Below, one piece after another: positions 17,605-27,303 of a DNA stretch of 32,421 bases. This DNA comes from Flavobacteriales bacterium (GTDB lineage: Bacteria; Bacteroidota; Bacteroidia; Palsa-965). The notes beneath the pieces are model-generated. The model ran no database searches. It was not told the DNA's origin and saw nothing but the letters and a program-made list of their open reading frames with translations. Positions within the stretch are counted from its first letter, which is position 1. Each line of letters opens with the position of its first letter. The stretch covers positions 1 through 32,421 of the forward strand of contig JBEIPA010000042.1 of NCBI GenBank assembly GCA_040377305.1. The letters run 5' to 3'. A program made the translations under genes and the position numbers.

Positions 17605-18558
17605 CTAGAATACCTCTGCCGCAACGCGACGTGTCGTCTCCGAAGTTCCCATGGTGTAGAAATGCAAACAAGGAACATTCTGGCTGATCAATTCTTTTGA
17701 TTGCTGAATGCACCATTGCACTCCTACTTCGCGAACTTCTGCATCGGTCTTACACTTTTCTGCCGCGATGTAAAGATCCTGCGGAATATCAATGTGAAAT
17801 ATTTTCGGAAGAGATAAGAGCTGTTTCTTCTGTGTGAGAATTTTCAGGCCCGGAATAATCGGAACATTGATTCCCATCTCGCGGCACGCTTTCACAAATG
17901 CGAAGAACTTGCTGTTGTCGAAGAACATTTGTGTAACAATATATTCTGCGCCTGCATCAACTTTATCCTTCAGATATTTCATGTCGGCATACAGGTTCGG
18001 CGCTTCGAAATGTTTCTCCGGATATCCCGCAACACCAATGCAAAAATTCGTCGGAGCCATATCCACAACATCTTCATGCAGATAAGTTCCTTTGTTCATT
18101 TCACGCACCTGCTTCACGAGATCAATTGCGAAAGGATGTCCGTTTGGTTCCGGAACAAATTGCGTTTCTGTTTTGATTGCATCACCGCGCAACAGCAACA
18201 CGTTGTCGATTCCGAGGAATTGTAAATCAATCAACGCAGTTTCGGTTTCTTCCTTGGTGAATCCACCGCAGATGATATGCGGAACTGCATCAACGTGATA
18301 ACGGTTCATGATTGCCGCGCAAATACCAACTGTGCCAGGACGTTTGCGAATCGATACTTTCTCGAGATATCCACCCTCGCGTTTTTTGTAGATGTATTCC
18401 TCACGGTGGTAAGTAACGTCTACAAACGAAGGCTTGAATTCCATCAGCGGATCTATTCCTTCGTAAATGGATGAAATGCCTTTTCCTTTCAAAGGAGGCA
18501 GGATTTCAATCGAAAACAAGGTCGATTTCGCGGATTTGAGGTGGTCGATTACTTTCAT
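17605..18558 (-). CDS. metF: 5,10-methylenetetrahydrofolate reductase
   Basis: Motifs FSIEILPP, LLLRGD, IGVAGYPEKH, KVDAGAEYIVTQMFFD and LHFYTM. The true start is ATG 18558 (MKVIDHL). Confidence 0.95.
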   Translation of the reverse strand: MKVIDHLKSAKSTLFSIEILPPLKGKGISSIYEGIDPLMEFKPSFVDVTYHREEYIYKKREGGYLEKVSIRKRPGTVGICAAIMNRYHVDAVPHIICGGFTKEETETALIDLQFLGIDNVLLLRGDAIKTETQFVPEPNGHPFAIDLVKQVREMNKGTYLHEDVVDMAPTNFCIGVAGYPEKHFEAPNLYADMKYLKDKVDAGAEYIVTQMFFDNSKFFAFVKACREMGINVPIIPGLKILTQKKQLLSLPKIFHIDIPQDLYIAAEKCKTDAEVREVGVQWCIQQSKELISQNVPCLHFYTMGTSETTRRVAAEVF

Positions 18559-18567
18559 AGGCGGGGT

Positions 18568-18575
18568 CAAAAGTA
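18568..18575 (-). promoter_or_regulatory. -7 element for metF
   Basis: Minus-strand TACTTTTG, 9 nt before the ATG. Confidence 0.6.
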
Positions 18576-18580
18576 GTAAA

Positions 18581-18715
18581 AGGGGATGAGGAATAGGGGA
18601 TGAGGGACGGGGAATGGGGCACGTGAGAAGAAGATTGAGGATTCGGAACTGTACGCCGATGTATGATATCTTATTCTCACGTTCCCCATGCCGCATGCCC
18701 CATTCCCGAGTCCCC
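18581..18715. repeat. Inverted pair of heptamer tandem arrays
   Basis: AGGGGAT GAGGAAT AGGGGAT GAGGGAC GGGGAAT GGGGCAC GTGAGAA (18581-18629) faces TTCTCAC GTTCCCC ATGCCGC ATGCCCC ATTCCCG AGTCCCC (18674-18715). Confidence 0.75.
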
Positions 18716-18723
18716 TTTTTCCC

Positions 18724-18731
18724 TACCTTTG
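18724..18731 (+). promoter_or_regulatory. -7 element for lepA
   Basis: TACCTTTG, 16 nt before ATG 18748. Confidence 0.65.
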
Positions 18732-18747
18732 CACTCCTATTTGTACA

Positions 18748-20535
18748 ATGAAAAACATTAGAAATTTCTGCATTATCGCCCATATCGACCACGGTAAATC
18801 TACCCTGGCTGATCGTCTTTTGGAATTCACGAAGACCATTACTACACGCCAGATGGAGGCGCAAGTGCTGGATGACATGGACCTTGAGAAAGAGCGCGGG
18901 ATCACGATCAAGAGTAAGGCGATTCAAATGAACTACGAGTACAAGGGTGAGAAGTTTGTTCTCAACCTGATTGATACTCCGGGCCACGTTGACTTTTCAT
19001 ACGAAGTTTCCAGATCAATTGCATCCTGCGAAGGAGCATTGTTGATTGTAGATGCTGCGCAGGGAATTCAGGCACAAACGATTTCGAATCTGTATCTCGC
19101 ATTAGGGAATGATCTCACGATTATTCCTGTCCTCAATAAAATTGATTTACCGAGCGCAGAACCTGAATTGGTGAAAGATCAGATTGTAGATCTTATCGGT
19201 TGTGAACGCGATGAAATTATTCCTGCTTCCGGAAAAACCGGATTGGGTATTGAAGCCATTCTCGCTGCAATCTGTGAACGTGTTCCGGCTCCGAAAGGTG
19301 ATCCGAATGCTCCATTGCAAGCATTGATCTTCGATTCGGTATTCAACTCGTTCCGTGGAATTATCGCGTATTACAAGATTTTAAATGGCGAAATCAAGAA
19401 AGGCGATAAAGTAAAATTCTTCAACACGGGTGCTGAGTACAATGCCGATGAAGTTGGGATTCTAAGTCTCGGACTTGAGCCACGCAGCTCTGTAAAAACA
19501 GGAGACGTAGGCTACATCATTTCCGGAATCAAGAATGCGAAGGAAGTAAAAGTGGGAGATACAATCACCACGGTTGCAAATCCATGTGCTACTGGTATTC
19601 AGGGATTCGAAGATGTGAAGCCAATGGTATTCGCGGGAATTTATCCTGTTGATACTGACGACTTCGAAGAGCTTCGTTACTCGATGGAGAAGTTGCAACT
19701 GAATGATGCGTCACTCACCTGGGAGCCGGAAGCATCAGCGGCACTCGGTTTCGGTTTTCGTTGCGGATTCTTAGGAATGCTGCACATGGAAATTGTACAG
19801 GAACGTTTGGAGCGCGAGTTCAACATGACAGTGATTACGACGGTACCAAACGTATCGTACATCGCATATACAACGCAGGGTGAGACCGTGCACATGCACA
19901 ACCCGAGTGACATGCCTGATCCTACGAAGCTCGAAATGATTGAAGAGCCGTATATCAAAGCAAGTATCATTTCGAAATCAGATTACGTGGGAGCAATCAT
20001 TAAGCTGTGCATGGATAAGCGCGGCATTATGGTGAATCAGACGTATCTCACAACCGATCGTGTCGAGTTGAATTTCGAATTGCCTTTGGGTGAAATCGTA
20101 TTTGATTTCTACGATAAATTGAAATCAATTTCAAAAGGATACGCATCGTTCGATTATACACCGATAGATTATCGTCAGTCTGATCTGATCAAGCTCGACA
20201 TTCTCATTAATAGTGATCAGGTAGACGCATTGTCTTGTCTGATTCACCGCTCACGCGCGCATGATTTCGGAAAGAAGATTTGCGAAAAGCTGAAAGAGCT
20301 TATTCCACGTCAGCAGTTCCAGATTGCAATTCAGGCTGCAATTGGTGCGAAGATTGTTGCACGCGAGAACATTTCTGCAATACGGAAAGACGTTACTGCG
20401 AAGTGTTACGGTGGTGACATTTCACGTAAACGTAAGCTCCTCGAGAAACAGAAGGAAGGAAAGAAACGCATGCGTAACATCGGTAACGTAGAAGTTCCGC
20501 AGAGTGCGTTTATGGCGGTCCTTAAGTTAGACTAG
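18748..20535 (+). CDS. lepA: Translation elongation factor 4
   Basis: Motifs [46 protein letters not shown] and [18 protein letters not shown]. Confidence 0.98.
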   Translation: MKNIRNFCIIAHIDHGKSTLADRLLEFTKTITTRQMEAQVLDDMDLEKERGITIKSKAIQMNYEYKGEKFVLNLIDTPGHVDFSYEVSRSIASCEGALLIVDAAQGIQAQTISNLYLALGNDLTIIPVLNKIDLPSAEPELVKDQIVDLIGCERDEIIPASGKTGLGIEAILAAICERVPAPKGDPNAPLQALIFDSVFNSFRGIIAYYKILNGEIKKGDKVKFFNTGAEYNADEVGILSLGLEPRSSVKTGDVGYIISGIKNAKEVKVGDTITTVANPCATGIQGFEDVKPMVFAGIYPVDTDDFEELRYSMEKLQLNDASLTWEPEASAALGFGFRCGFLGMLHMEIVQERLEREFNMTVITTVPNVSYIAYTTQGETVHMHNPSDMPDPTKLEMIEEPYIKASIISKSDYVGAIIKLCMDKRGIMVNQTYLTTDRVELNFELPLGEIVFDFYDKLKSISKGYASFDYTPIDYRQSDLIKLDILINSDQVDALSCLIHRSRAHDFGKKICEKLKELIPRQQFQIAIQAAIGAKIVARENISAIRKDVTAKCYGGDISRKRKLLEKQKEGKKRMRNIGNVEVPQSAFMAVLKLD

Positions 20536-20539
20536 AGGC

Positions 20540-20691
20540 GACAGACTACAGACGGGAGTGGTCGCTGGTCAACCTTCGGCTCCGCTCAGTCTGACAAGCG
20601 AATAAAGAACAAAAACAGTAAAGGCGTTCAGTGATGAACGCCTTTACTGTTTTTCCGACGGTGCACTCCCGTCTGTCGTCTGCAGTCTGTC
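20540..20691. repeat. Inverted heptamer arrays enclosing a REP-like half-element and a terminator
   Basis: GACAGAC TACAGAC GGGAGTG (20540-20560) faces CACTCCC GTCTGTC GTCTGCA GTCTGTC (20664-20691). CTTCGGCTCCGCTCAGTCTGACAA lies at 20574-20597. Confidence 0.7.
20611..20654. terminator. Bidirectional Rho-independent terminator
   Basis: Perfect 20-bp stem AAAAACAGTAAAGGCGTTCA-GTGA-TGAACGCCTTTACTGTTTTT between convergent genes. Confidence 0.9.
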
Positions 20692-20693
20692 GT

Positions 20694-22109
20694 CTATTGA
20701 ATCACTATTCTCTTCGTCGCAGTCTTTCCGCCCTGCACATTTTCTGAGATGCGCATGAAGTAAACACCTTTGTCGAGCGCAGTAAGATCTGCTGCAGTAT
20801 TTGTTCCGCTGAATGTTTGCGTGTATACAAGATTGCCCAGTACATCGTACACTTCAATTTCTTTTTCAATTGAAGACGTTGCAGAGATGTTGAACATTCC
20901 GTTGGATGGATTTGGCGCTATCGTGTATCCAAGCTGAATGATGCGTGGAGTAGAAGTGCCAAGCATAACTACGATGTTGTGCCAGATTGTGTCTGAGCAA
21001 CCGCCGTTTGAAATAATTACGGTCACAGAATACAGTCCGCCGGAAGTATACGTGTGAGTTACACTTGCACCCGTTACAGTGGATGTGGTATCACCAAAAT
21101 CCCACGTGATAGTGGCGCTGGTGTCATTGGTAGTTGCGTTAAAATTCGCAGAGAGATTCACCCACACTGTATCGGGAATTGATGCAGATGATGAAAGTGA
21201 GAAAGTTGAATTGAGATATGTTCCTGCACTTCCGCCGCTCATGTCAACTGTATTAATTCCGGAGCACCACACACCGTCAGCGTCCATTACTGTATCAACA
21301 CCTGTAGCTCCAACGAATGTTCTTTCTTCAATTGATCGGATTCCATTCGCAAGGGCATTTGGAATTATTGTTCCCCAATGCATTGGTAACGTATCAACAT
21401 TGTTGCGATAAAATCCACTGATGCTGGTTACCGGATGAAGATCCATTTCATCGTCTTCAACTATTGCAATACTGATCGGACGACCCGTTGCTGTAACATT
21501 ATCGTATAGACAGATGAAATTCTTAGGTGCTGCATTAAGCGAATCATACAATGCTGTTCCTTCAGTAGGCGCCTGAGATGTTGTTCCGTAGTTGATCACC
21601 ATAACGTTGTCGCCTGACACAAAAAGGCGGTGCGCAACTGTAGTTCCACCCGCTCCGTTGTTCAACATGAGCTTTACATATAAGGTATTGCCTGGTGTAA
21701 AACGTCCGTTGCCTGTTGGCTCAATTCCGATCCAACCAGCCCAGGTACCGGCGTTCGTTGCAATCAGTGAATCGAATCCGGCAGGATTGGTCATTGATAC
21801 GTTGGTGGTGCGACGGATTGTTCCGCTTGTACCGTTAACGAGGTAAGCATTGCCGGCACCATTCGAAGTTGGCGAGGCATTCAGCGAATCCATTGACGGA
21901 TAATAGCGATATGTCGAACCTGGAGTTAATCCGCTGAGCTCAACCCAACACCAAAATGGAGTCCGGTTGTTATTTGTTCCGTTATTGCCCTGCACGTATT
22001 GCGGCACAAAAGCCATTGAAACGATTGGGCCTCCACCTAGTGGGGTAGTTTGCGCGTTGCCGAGAATTGCGGACAACATCAAAACCAGTAGTATAGCGTT
22101 CTTCTTCAT
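20694..22109 (-). CDS. T9SS type A sorting-domain protein with a PKD domain
   Basis: Signal peptide, about 280 aa of unrecognised domain, a PKD domain (WDFGD...HTYTSGGLYSVT) and a CTD (IAPNPSNG...YDVLG...GVYF...KRIVIQ). A TATTTTTG -7 box lies at 22138-22131. Confidence 0.88.
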   Translation of the reverse strand: MKKNAILLVLMLSAILGNAQTTPLGGGPIVSMAFVPQYVQGNNGTNNNRTPFWCWVELSGLTPGSTYRYYPSMDSLNASPTSNGAGNAYLVNGTSGTIRRTTNVSMTNPAGFDSLIATNAGTWAGWIGIEPTGNGRFTPGNTLYVKLMLNNGAGGTTVAHRLFVSGDNVMVINYGTTSQAPTEGTALYDSLNAAPKNFICLYDNVTATGRPISIAIVEDDEMDLHPVTSISGFYRNNVDTLPMHWGTIIPNALANGIRSIEERTFVGATGVDTVMDADGVWCSGINTVDMSGGSAGTYLNSTFSLSSSASIPDTVWVNLSANFNATTNDTSATITWDFGDTTSTVTGASVTHTYTSGGLYSVTVIISNGGCSDTIWHNIVVMLGTSTPRIIQLGYTIAPNPSNGMFNISATSSIEKEIEVYDVLGNLVYTQTFSGTNTAADLTALDKGVYFMRISENVQGGKTATKRIVIQ

Positions 22110-22384
22110 GAGAATAGTGGGTTTCCTTTACAAAAATAGAGGAGAGGAAGGCGTGAAGCAGGCGAGGTGAATCGGTTTTGACAACAGGCAATTGTTAATA
22201 ACCGCCCATTTTTGTTAATAACAGGAATTGGCTACAGCCTAGGAAGGTCTAAAAATGGGAATCAGGAACACAGTAGAATAAGCTTTTATGGCCGGCAGTA
22301 ACGGGCTCGTAAGTCAGGATTTCTGCCAGTGTACACGTACAACCTTTGTTCGGTTCCTACCTGCTTCTACTGTTTCCTGACTCC

Positions 22385-24337
22385 TCAATTCATTTCAACC
22401 CAATCGCCATGCTCGCGGATTAACTCCACCAACGCTTCGACCGCATCTGTTTCAGGTATGTTTCTTTTCACGACTTCTTTTCCTTTATACAGCGTGATTT
22501 TTCCAATACCCGTGCCAACGTATCCGTAGTCGGCGTCAGCCATTTCTCCCGGACCGTTTACGATGCATCCCATGATTCCGATTTTCACTCCTTTTAGATG
22601 GTGAGTGCGCGTCCGGATTTTTGCGGTGGTTTCCTGCAAATCGAATAACGTGCGCCCGCAGGATGGACATGAAATGTATTCTGTTTTTGAAATGCGTGTG
22701 CGTGTTGCCTGCAGAATTCCGAATGCAGTCTGGTTGGCTGTCATTGGAGAAATAGCCTCAGAAGTCTTCAGCCAAACACCATCGCCCATGCCGTCCAGGA
22801 ACAATGCAGCGCAATCGGTAGCCGCGTACAATTGAAACTCCTGTTCGTTCTCCGTCATGAAGTTTCTTTTGATGACAACAGGTACAGAGCAGTGGTTTTC
22901 CATCAGCTGAATAAAGGCGCGACGTTCTTCAGTCATTGCATGTGGATGCACACTGTCGATTATAAGCACCACGGATTTCTCTTGCGCAATTAGGGAAAGA
23001 AATTCCACAGTGAGCGTATTCAGATCGGCAGCAACGAAGTTGATTTCATTCGATTTACTTGTCGCTTCGAAGAATTCATTCCCACAAAACAGGGGGTAAT
23101 GTCTGTCTTTGTGTGCAACTCCCGCATACGAACCTGAGTTGACAATGATGCCTAGCGTTCCGGGAATTTCGAAATTGACTGCGTGATCTCCCGCGTATAT
23201 GAAATCACAAGCCTGATCGGTAAGATTCCATTTGTCGAGTTGCACAGCATAGTGATAGCCGACAGCGAACAATGAAGCGGCGGAAATAGTTTCACGACGC
23301 GAGTAATCTGCAATCACAACCGGAACAACACCATGTCCGATGTTTGAAACACGATGTGATTTTCTGCGTTCGTATTCGTAAGGTGAATAAGGAATACTCC
23401 ACTTGCCGTTTTCCGTTTTCAAATCGGCAATTGTATTTCCGGAGGCGCGATTGGAATAACGATCGACAAGCATCTTCGCTACCGGAATTTCAAACTCAGG
23501 ATCTTCTGTGAGGGAAACACGAATCGTGTCGCCGAGTCCATCTTCAAGCAACGTTCCGATTCCTGCAGCCGATTTAATTCTTCCGTCTTCTCCGTCACCG
23601 GCTTCTGTGACACCGAGATGTAGCGGATAATTCATTCCTGCTTCCATCATCTGTTGCACAAGCAAACGGTAAGCCTGTACCATTACCTGCGGATTGCTGG
23701 CTTTCATCGAGAGGACGATGTCGTGATAGTTCTCGTCTTCGCAAATGCGCAGAAATTCCATTGCGGACTCTACCATGCCCAGCGGTGTGTCGCCATAGCG
23801 ACTCAAAATGCGATCGCTTAGTGAACCGTGATTAGTTCCGATGCGCATAGCAGTCCCGTTCTCCTTGCAGATTTTCACGAGCGGGGTGAATCGTTCGCGG
23901 ATGCGTAGTAATTCTTCGTCGTAAGCGAGGTCCGTGTATTCAATATGCTCGAATTTTTTCTTGTCGGCATAGTTTCCCGGATTCACACGCACTTTCTCAA
24001 CGATACGTGCAGCGAGTTCAGCTGCATTCGGGGTAAAGTGAATATCGGCAACAAGTGGAGTTTTGTAACCACGTTTCAAAAGCTCCTTCTTAATCTCCGC
24101 AAGATTCTCGGCCTCCGTCATACTCGGTGCAGTAATGCGTACAATTTCACACCCTGCATTAATCATGCGAATTGACTGTTCAACCGTTCCGATGGTGTTC
24201 ATCGTATCAGTCGTAGTCATGGACTGAATGCGAATTGGATTTTCGCCGCCGATGTGTACATCCCCAACTTTCACAACACGGGTTTTCCAGCGGGAAATGG
24301 AGGTTAATGAGTTGCAGTATGGAGATATGAGTTTCAC
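22385..24337 (-). CDS. ispG: (E)-4-hydroxy-3-methylbut-2-enyl-diphosphate synthase, long form with insertion domain
   Basis: Motifs IRIQSMT, PLVADIHF, RVNPGN, RIGTNHGSLS, HLGVTEAG, SCPSCGR and MGCIVNGPGE; 650 aa. Confidence 0.97.
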   Translation of the reverse strand: MKLISPYCNSLTSISRWKTRVVKVGDVHIGGENPIRIQSMTTTDTMNTIGTVEQSIRMINAGCEIVRITAPSMTEAENLAEIKKELLKRGYKTPLVADIHFTPNAAELAARIVEKVRVNPGNYADKKKFEHIEYTDLAYDEELLRIRERFTPLVKICKENGTAMRIGTNHGSLSDRILSRYGDTPLGMVESAMEFLRICEDENYHDIVLSMKASNPQVMVQAYRLLVQQMMEAGMNYPLHLGVTEAGDGEDGRIKSAAGIGTLLEDGLGDTIRVSLTEDPEFEIPVAKMLVDRYSNRASGNTIADLKTENGKWSIPYSPYEYERRKSHRVSNIGHGVVPVVIADYSRRETISAASLFAVGYHYAVQLDKWNLTDQACDFIYAGDHAVNFEIPGTLGIIVNSGSYAGVAHKDRHYPLFCGNEFFEATSKSNEINFVAADLNTLTVEFLSLIAQEKSVVLIIDSVHPHAMTEERRAFIQLMENHCSVPVVIKRNFMTENEQEFQLYAATDCAALFLDGMGDGVWLKTSEAISPMTANQTAFGILQATRTRISKTEYISCPSCGRTLFDLQETTAKIRTRTHHLKGVKIGIMGCIVNGPGEMADADYGYVGTGIGKITLYKGKEVVKRNIPETDAVEALVELIREHGDWVEMN

Positions 24338-24342
24338 TGCTG

Positions 24343-24389
24343 CAAATTTACTACTTCGTAGGCAGTCAAATGTGTTTTAACTAAGTTTG
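24343..24389. promoter_or_regulatory. Back-to-back -7 elements for ispG and the downstream T9SS gene
   Basis: Minus-strand TAAATTTG (24350-24343) and plus-strand TAAGTTTG (24382-24389). Confidence 0.6.
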
Positions 24390-24415
24390 TCAGGCAAACT
24401 AAAAACCTATTCCTC

Positions 24416-26146
24416 TTGAAGAAACTGCTACTCTTTCCTGCATTGCTATTTGCAACTGCGCTTTCTGCTCAACTGAACATTGATACCCTCGCTTTTCAGG
24501 ACTTCGAAGTTGCGCCCGCAGCTCCGGCCTGGACATTTACCGGACCTGTGATCTATAACAGTGGTTTCTCTGGGGTTAATGCAACACCTTCTGTGAGCCC
24601 AATTGGTATCGGAGGTTCGCGCGCATGGGAAACAACCACTAACAGCGGAGGTCTTGTTCTGGATTTTGCAAACACGGTAATTCCTGCAGGATATGATAGC
24701 ATTCGCGTGCGTTTTAAGCTTGCCGCTATGAATTTGAACGGTACATCAGGCGGACCCGACAATCTCGACTATGTTCTCGCCGCGTACAGCACAGATGGAG
24801 GTAACACGTACACCAACAGATTGAGAATCCGTGGCGCGGTAAACGACAATTGTTCGTGGGCTTATAGTGCAACCGCGGTAGGACAAGTATATTACCAACC
24901 AGCAACTGAACAGATGTTTCAGCCCATCACAACAGGGTTGCAGACCACGCTAGGATATAGCACGTGCGAGATTGTATTTCCCGGGACTGTAACACAGATT
25001 GCATTTCGGATTACAGGCCGTTCAAGTTCATCGTCCGATACATGGCTCGTGGATAATCTGGTGTTGACCGGTGAAAATAATTGTTCTAACACCACTTCGA
25101 CAATGAGCACAACTACTTGCGGAGCGTATACTTCACCTTCAGGAAACGTGTTTACGTCTAGCGGCACATACCTGGACACAATTACAAATTCAACAGGATG
25201 TGATAGTGTGATTACAATTAACCTTACGGTGAATAATGCAACGACTTCAACAATGAGCGCTTCTGCATGTAATAGTTACACATCGCCTTCGGGAAACGTG
25301 ATTACTGCTTCAGGCACTTACCTGGACACAATTGCAAATGCACTTGGATGTGATAGTGTGATAACGATTAATCTCACCGTGAACAGCTCAACAAGCAGCT
25401 TTCTGCCCGCTGTAGCTTGCGCGAGTTACACATTACCGGGCGGGACAGTTGTTTCTGTGGGTGGTGTTTACATGGACACAATTATGAATGCTGCAGGATG
25501 CGATAGTGTAATCACGGTTTCTCTGAATCTGAATCAGCCAAGCGCTACGAGTCAAAGCATAACGGCATGTGATAGTTACTTCTCACCTGCAGGCAATACG
25601 TATACTGCAAGCGGCACGTATATGGACACACTTCTGAATGTGACAGGTTGCGACAGTGTGATCACGACAACACTTGTGATTAACACCGTGAACACAGGAA
25701 CTACTTTGGTAGGTGCTACGCTCTCCGCGAACGCAAATGGAGCCACTTATCAGTGGATTGACTGCAATAATGGAAATGCGCCAATTGCCGGAGAAACGAA
25801 TCAGACTTATTCTCCAGCGGTAAACGGTAATTACGCGGTGATCGTTACGGAGAATTCCTGTACTGACACTTCGGCGTGTGTGAACGTTCTGTCGGTTGGA
25901 CTATCGGAGGTTGCACTACAGGATGTTTCAGTGTATCCTAATCCATTTACGGAAACATTTATCATTGAAAACTGTCCGGTAAACTCGAAGGTGATCGTAA
26001 CTGACGCACAAGGAAATGTTGTGTTGTCGACGACTTCAAATTCTACGCGTGTCCAGATTGACTTGAGCCACAACGCAGCCGGAATTTATTTCGTGGAAGT
26101 TATCTTCGGAGATCAGACGCTAAGAAACAAAGCAGTGAAGCTTTAA
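24416..26146 (+). CDS. T9SS type A sorting-domain protein with four 50-aa GCDSV repeats
   Basis: Signal peptide, a beta-sandwich-like N-domain, GCDS codons at 25196/25346/25496/25646 (150-bp period), a YQWIDC module and a VYPNP...GIYFV CTD. Confidence 0.88.
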   Translation: MKKLLLFPALLFATALSAQLNIDTLAFQDFEVAPAAPAWTFTGPVIYNSGFSGVNATPSVSPIGIGGSRAWETTTNSGGLVLDFANTVIPAGYDSIRVRFKLAAMNLNGTSGGPDNLDYVLAAYSTDGGNTYTNRLRIRGAVNDNCSWAYSATAVGQVYYQPATEQMFQPITTGLQTTLGYSTCEIVFPGTVTQIAFRITGRSSSSSDTWLVDNLVLTGENNCSNTTSTMSTTTCGAYTSPSGNVFTSSGTYLDTITNSTGCDSVITINLTVNNATTSTMSASACNSYTSPSGNVITASGTYLDTIANALGCDSVITINLTVNSSTSSFLPAVACASYTLPGGTVVSVGGVYMDTIMNAAGCDSVITVSLNLNQPSATSQSITACDSYFSPAGNTYTASGTYMDTLLNVTGCDSVITTTLVINTVNTGTTLVGATLSANANGATYQWIDCNNGNAPIAGETNQTYSPAVNGNYAVIVTENSCTDTSACVNVLSVGLSEVALQDVSVYPNPFTETFIIENCPVNSKVIVTDAQGNVVLSTTSNSTRVQIDLSHNAAGIYFVEVIFGDQTLRNKAVKL

Positions 26147-27240
26147 TCGTGCGAATGTTCGAAGAGAAATTCCACTCTTCGGTTTAAGGCACGACCTTCT
26201 TCGGTTTTATTCGGAGCAACGAATTTTGTTTCTCCGGCACCATTGGTAGAAATGCGTCCTTCCTGAATTCCGTGTGCAACGAGGTAAGTTTTAACTGCTT
26301 CGGCACGGTTCAACGACAAGACGTAATTGCTGCGACTATCGCCAATGCTGTCCGTATGTCCCGTTACAGTTACGCTCACTTGTTTTTCAGCGAGTAGGTA
26401 AGCCAGAATTTTATCAAGGTCGGGCTGATCAACTTGCTCGAGCACGGCTCTGTTTGTGGCGAAGTGAATGTTATTGAACGCGTACACGATTCCGGTTGTC
26501 AATCCGGTTGTATCTGATTTCGGCTGATCGAAAACTTCTACGATAGAAACATCATCTACGTAGTAGTGCGCTTCTTCTTTTTCTCCTCCGAATGTTCCTG
26601 GATTCTCTGTTCGTGCTTTTCCCGGAACTGACTTACACGTATCGCATTTCCAATTGTGTGAACCTATGTAAATCCATTTTTCATTGCCACGCGCGGTGTA
26701 AATAGTTGTAAGTTCCTGCCACCCATCGGTTTTAGTAAATCCGCTATCGTTGTAAAAAACAATCTGCGGTGGCAAAGCCATTTCAATTCCCTGCTGAATT
26801 GGCCATTCCCGTGACAGGAACATGACGTTGATTTCTTTGAGGTAACGCACTTCCTTATTGTCGCCTTTACTCACGAACATGGTGAATTTGTACTTCTTGC
26901 CTTTCTCCAAAGGCTTTATCAACTGACTGCAAAGAACTTCACGATAAAGCGGAGTGACACAGAATCCAGCGTATGCAATTCCCGAATGCGGCTTCTCGCT
27001 GCCGAAATAATTGTCGATTGTGCGACACTTAATTCCAATTGCTTTTTCGTGGAAGTAGTCGCCGCTACCATTGTCATTAGCAAAATTCCAGTCGGTAATC
27101 GAACCCGGAGCATCACCAATATATGCGGGCAAATGATTGTAGTTCTCGAACGAAGGATTACGCACAAGATTTTCCTGGCAAAAACCCCAAGTGGCTGTAC
27201 CAAAAATGAAAAACGGCATTATGAATTGTATGCAGCGCAT
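26143..27240 (-). CDS. OmpA-family peptidoglycan-binding domain protein
   Basis: N-terminal NLVRNPSFE carbohydrate-binding-like domain and C-terminal IHFATN, GHTDSIG, LSLNRAEAV, NRRVEF. ATG 27240 is preferred because TTG 27249 lies within the -7 box. Confidence 0.9.
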   Translation of the reverse strand: MRCIQFIMPFFIFGTATWGFCQENLVRNPSFENYNHLPAYIGDAPGSITDWNFANDNGSGDYFHEKAIGIKCRTIDNYFGSEKPHSGIAYAGFCVTPLYREVLCSQLIKPLEKGKKYKFTMFVSKGDNKEVRYLKEINVMFLSREWPIQQGIEMALPPQIVFYNDSGFTKTDGWQELTTIYTARGNEKWIYIGSHNWKCDTCKSVPGKARTENPGTFGGEKEEAHYYVDDVSIVEVFDQPKSDTTGLTTGIVYAFNNIHFATNRAVLEQVDQPDLDKILAYLLAEKQVSVTVTGHTDSIGDSRSNYVLSLNRAEAVKTYLVAHGIQEGRISTNGAGETKFVAPNKTEEGRALNRRVEFLFEHSHD

Positions 27241-27303
27241 CTGAAGCAAAGGTAAATTAACTTAGCATTACACATAGGATGCCAAATACATAAACAATCC
27301 ATA

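Noticed and set aside
18559-18987. Apparent 143-aa N-terminal extension of MetF, and a possible SAM riboswitch
   Set aside because: The extension is antisense lepA plus translated heptamer repeats. The -7 box is 9 nt from the true ATG, leaving no leader for a riboswitch.
22385-24337. Unusually long IspG
   Set aside because: The insertion-domain form is already known from Bacteroidota, Chlamydiae and plants.
25078-25690. Regularly spaced repeats considered as a CRISPR array or DGR template
   Set aside because: They are in-frame 150-bp protein repeats with codon-level divergence; there are no cas or reverse transcriptase genes in the window.
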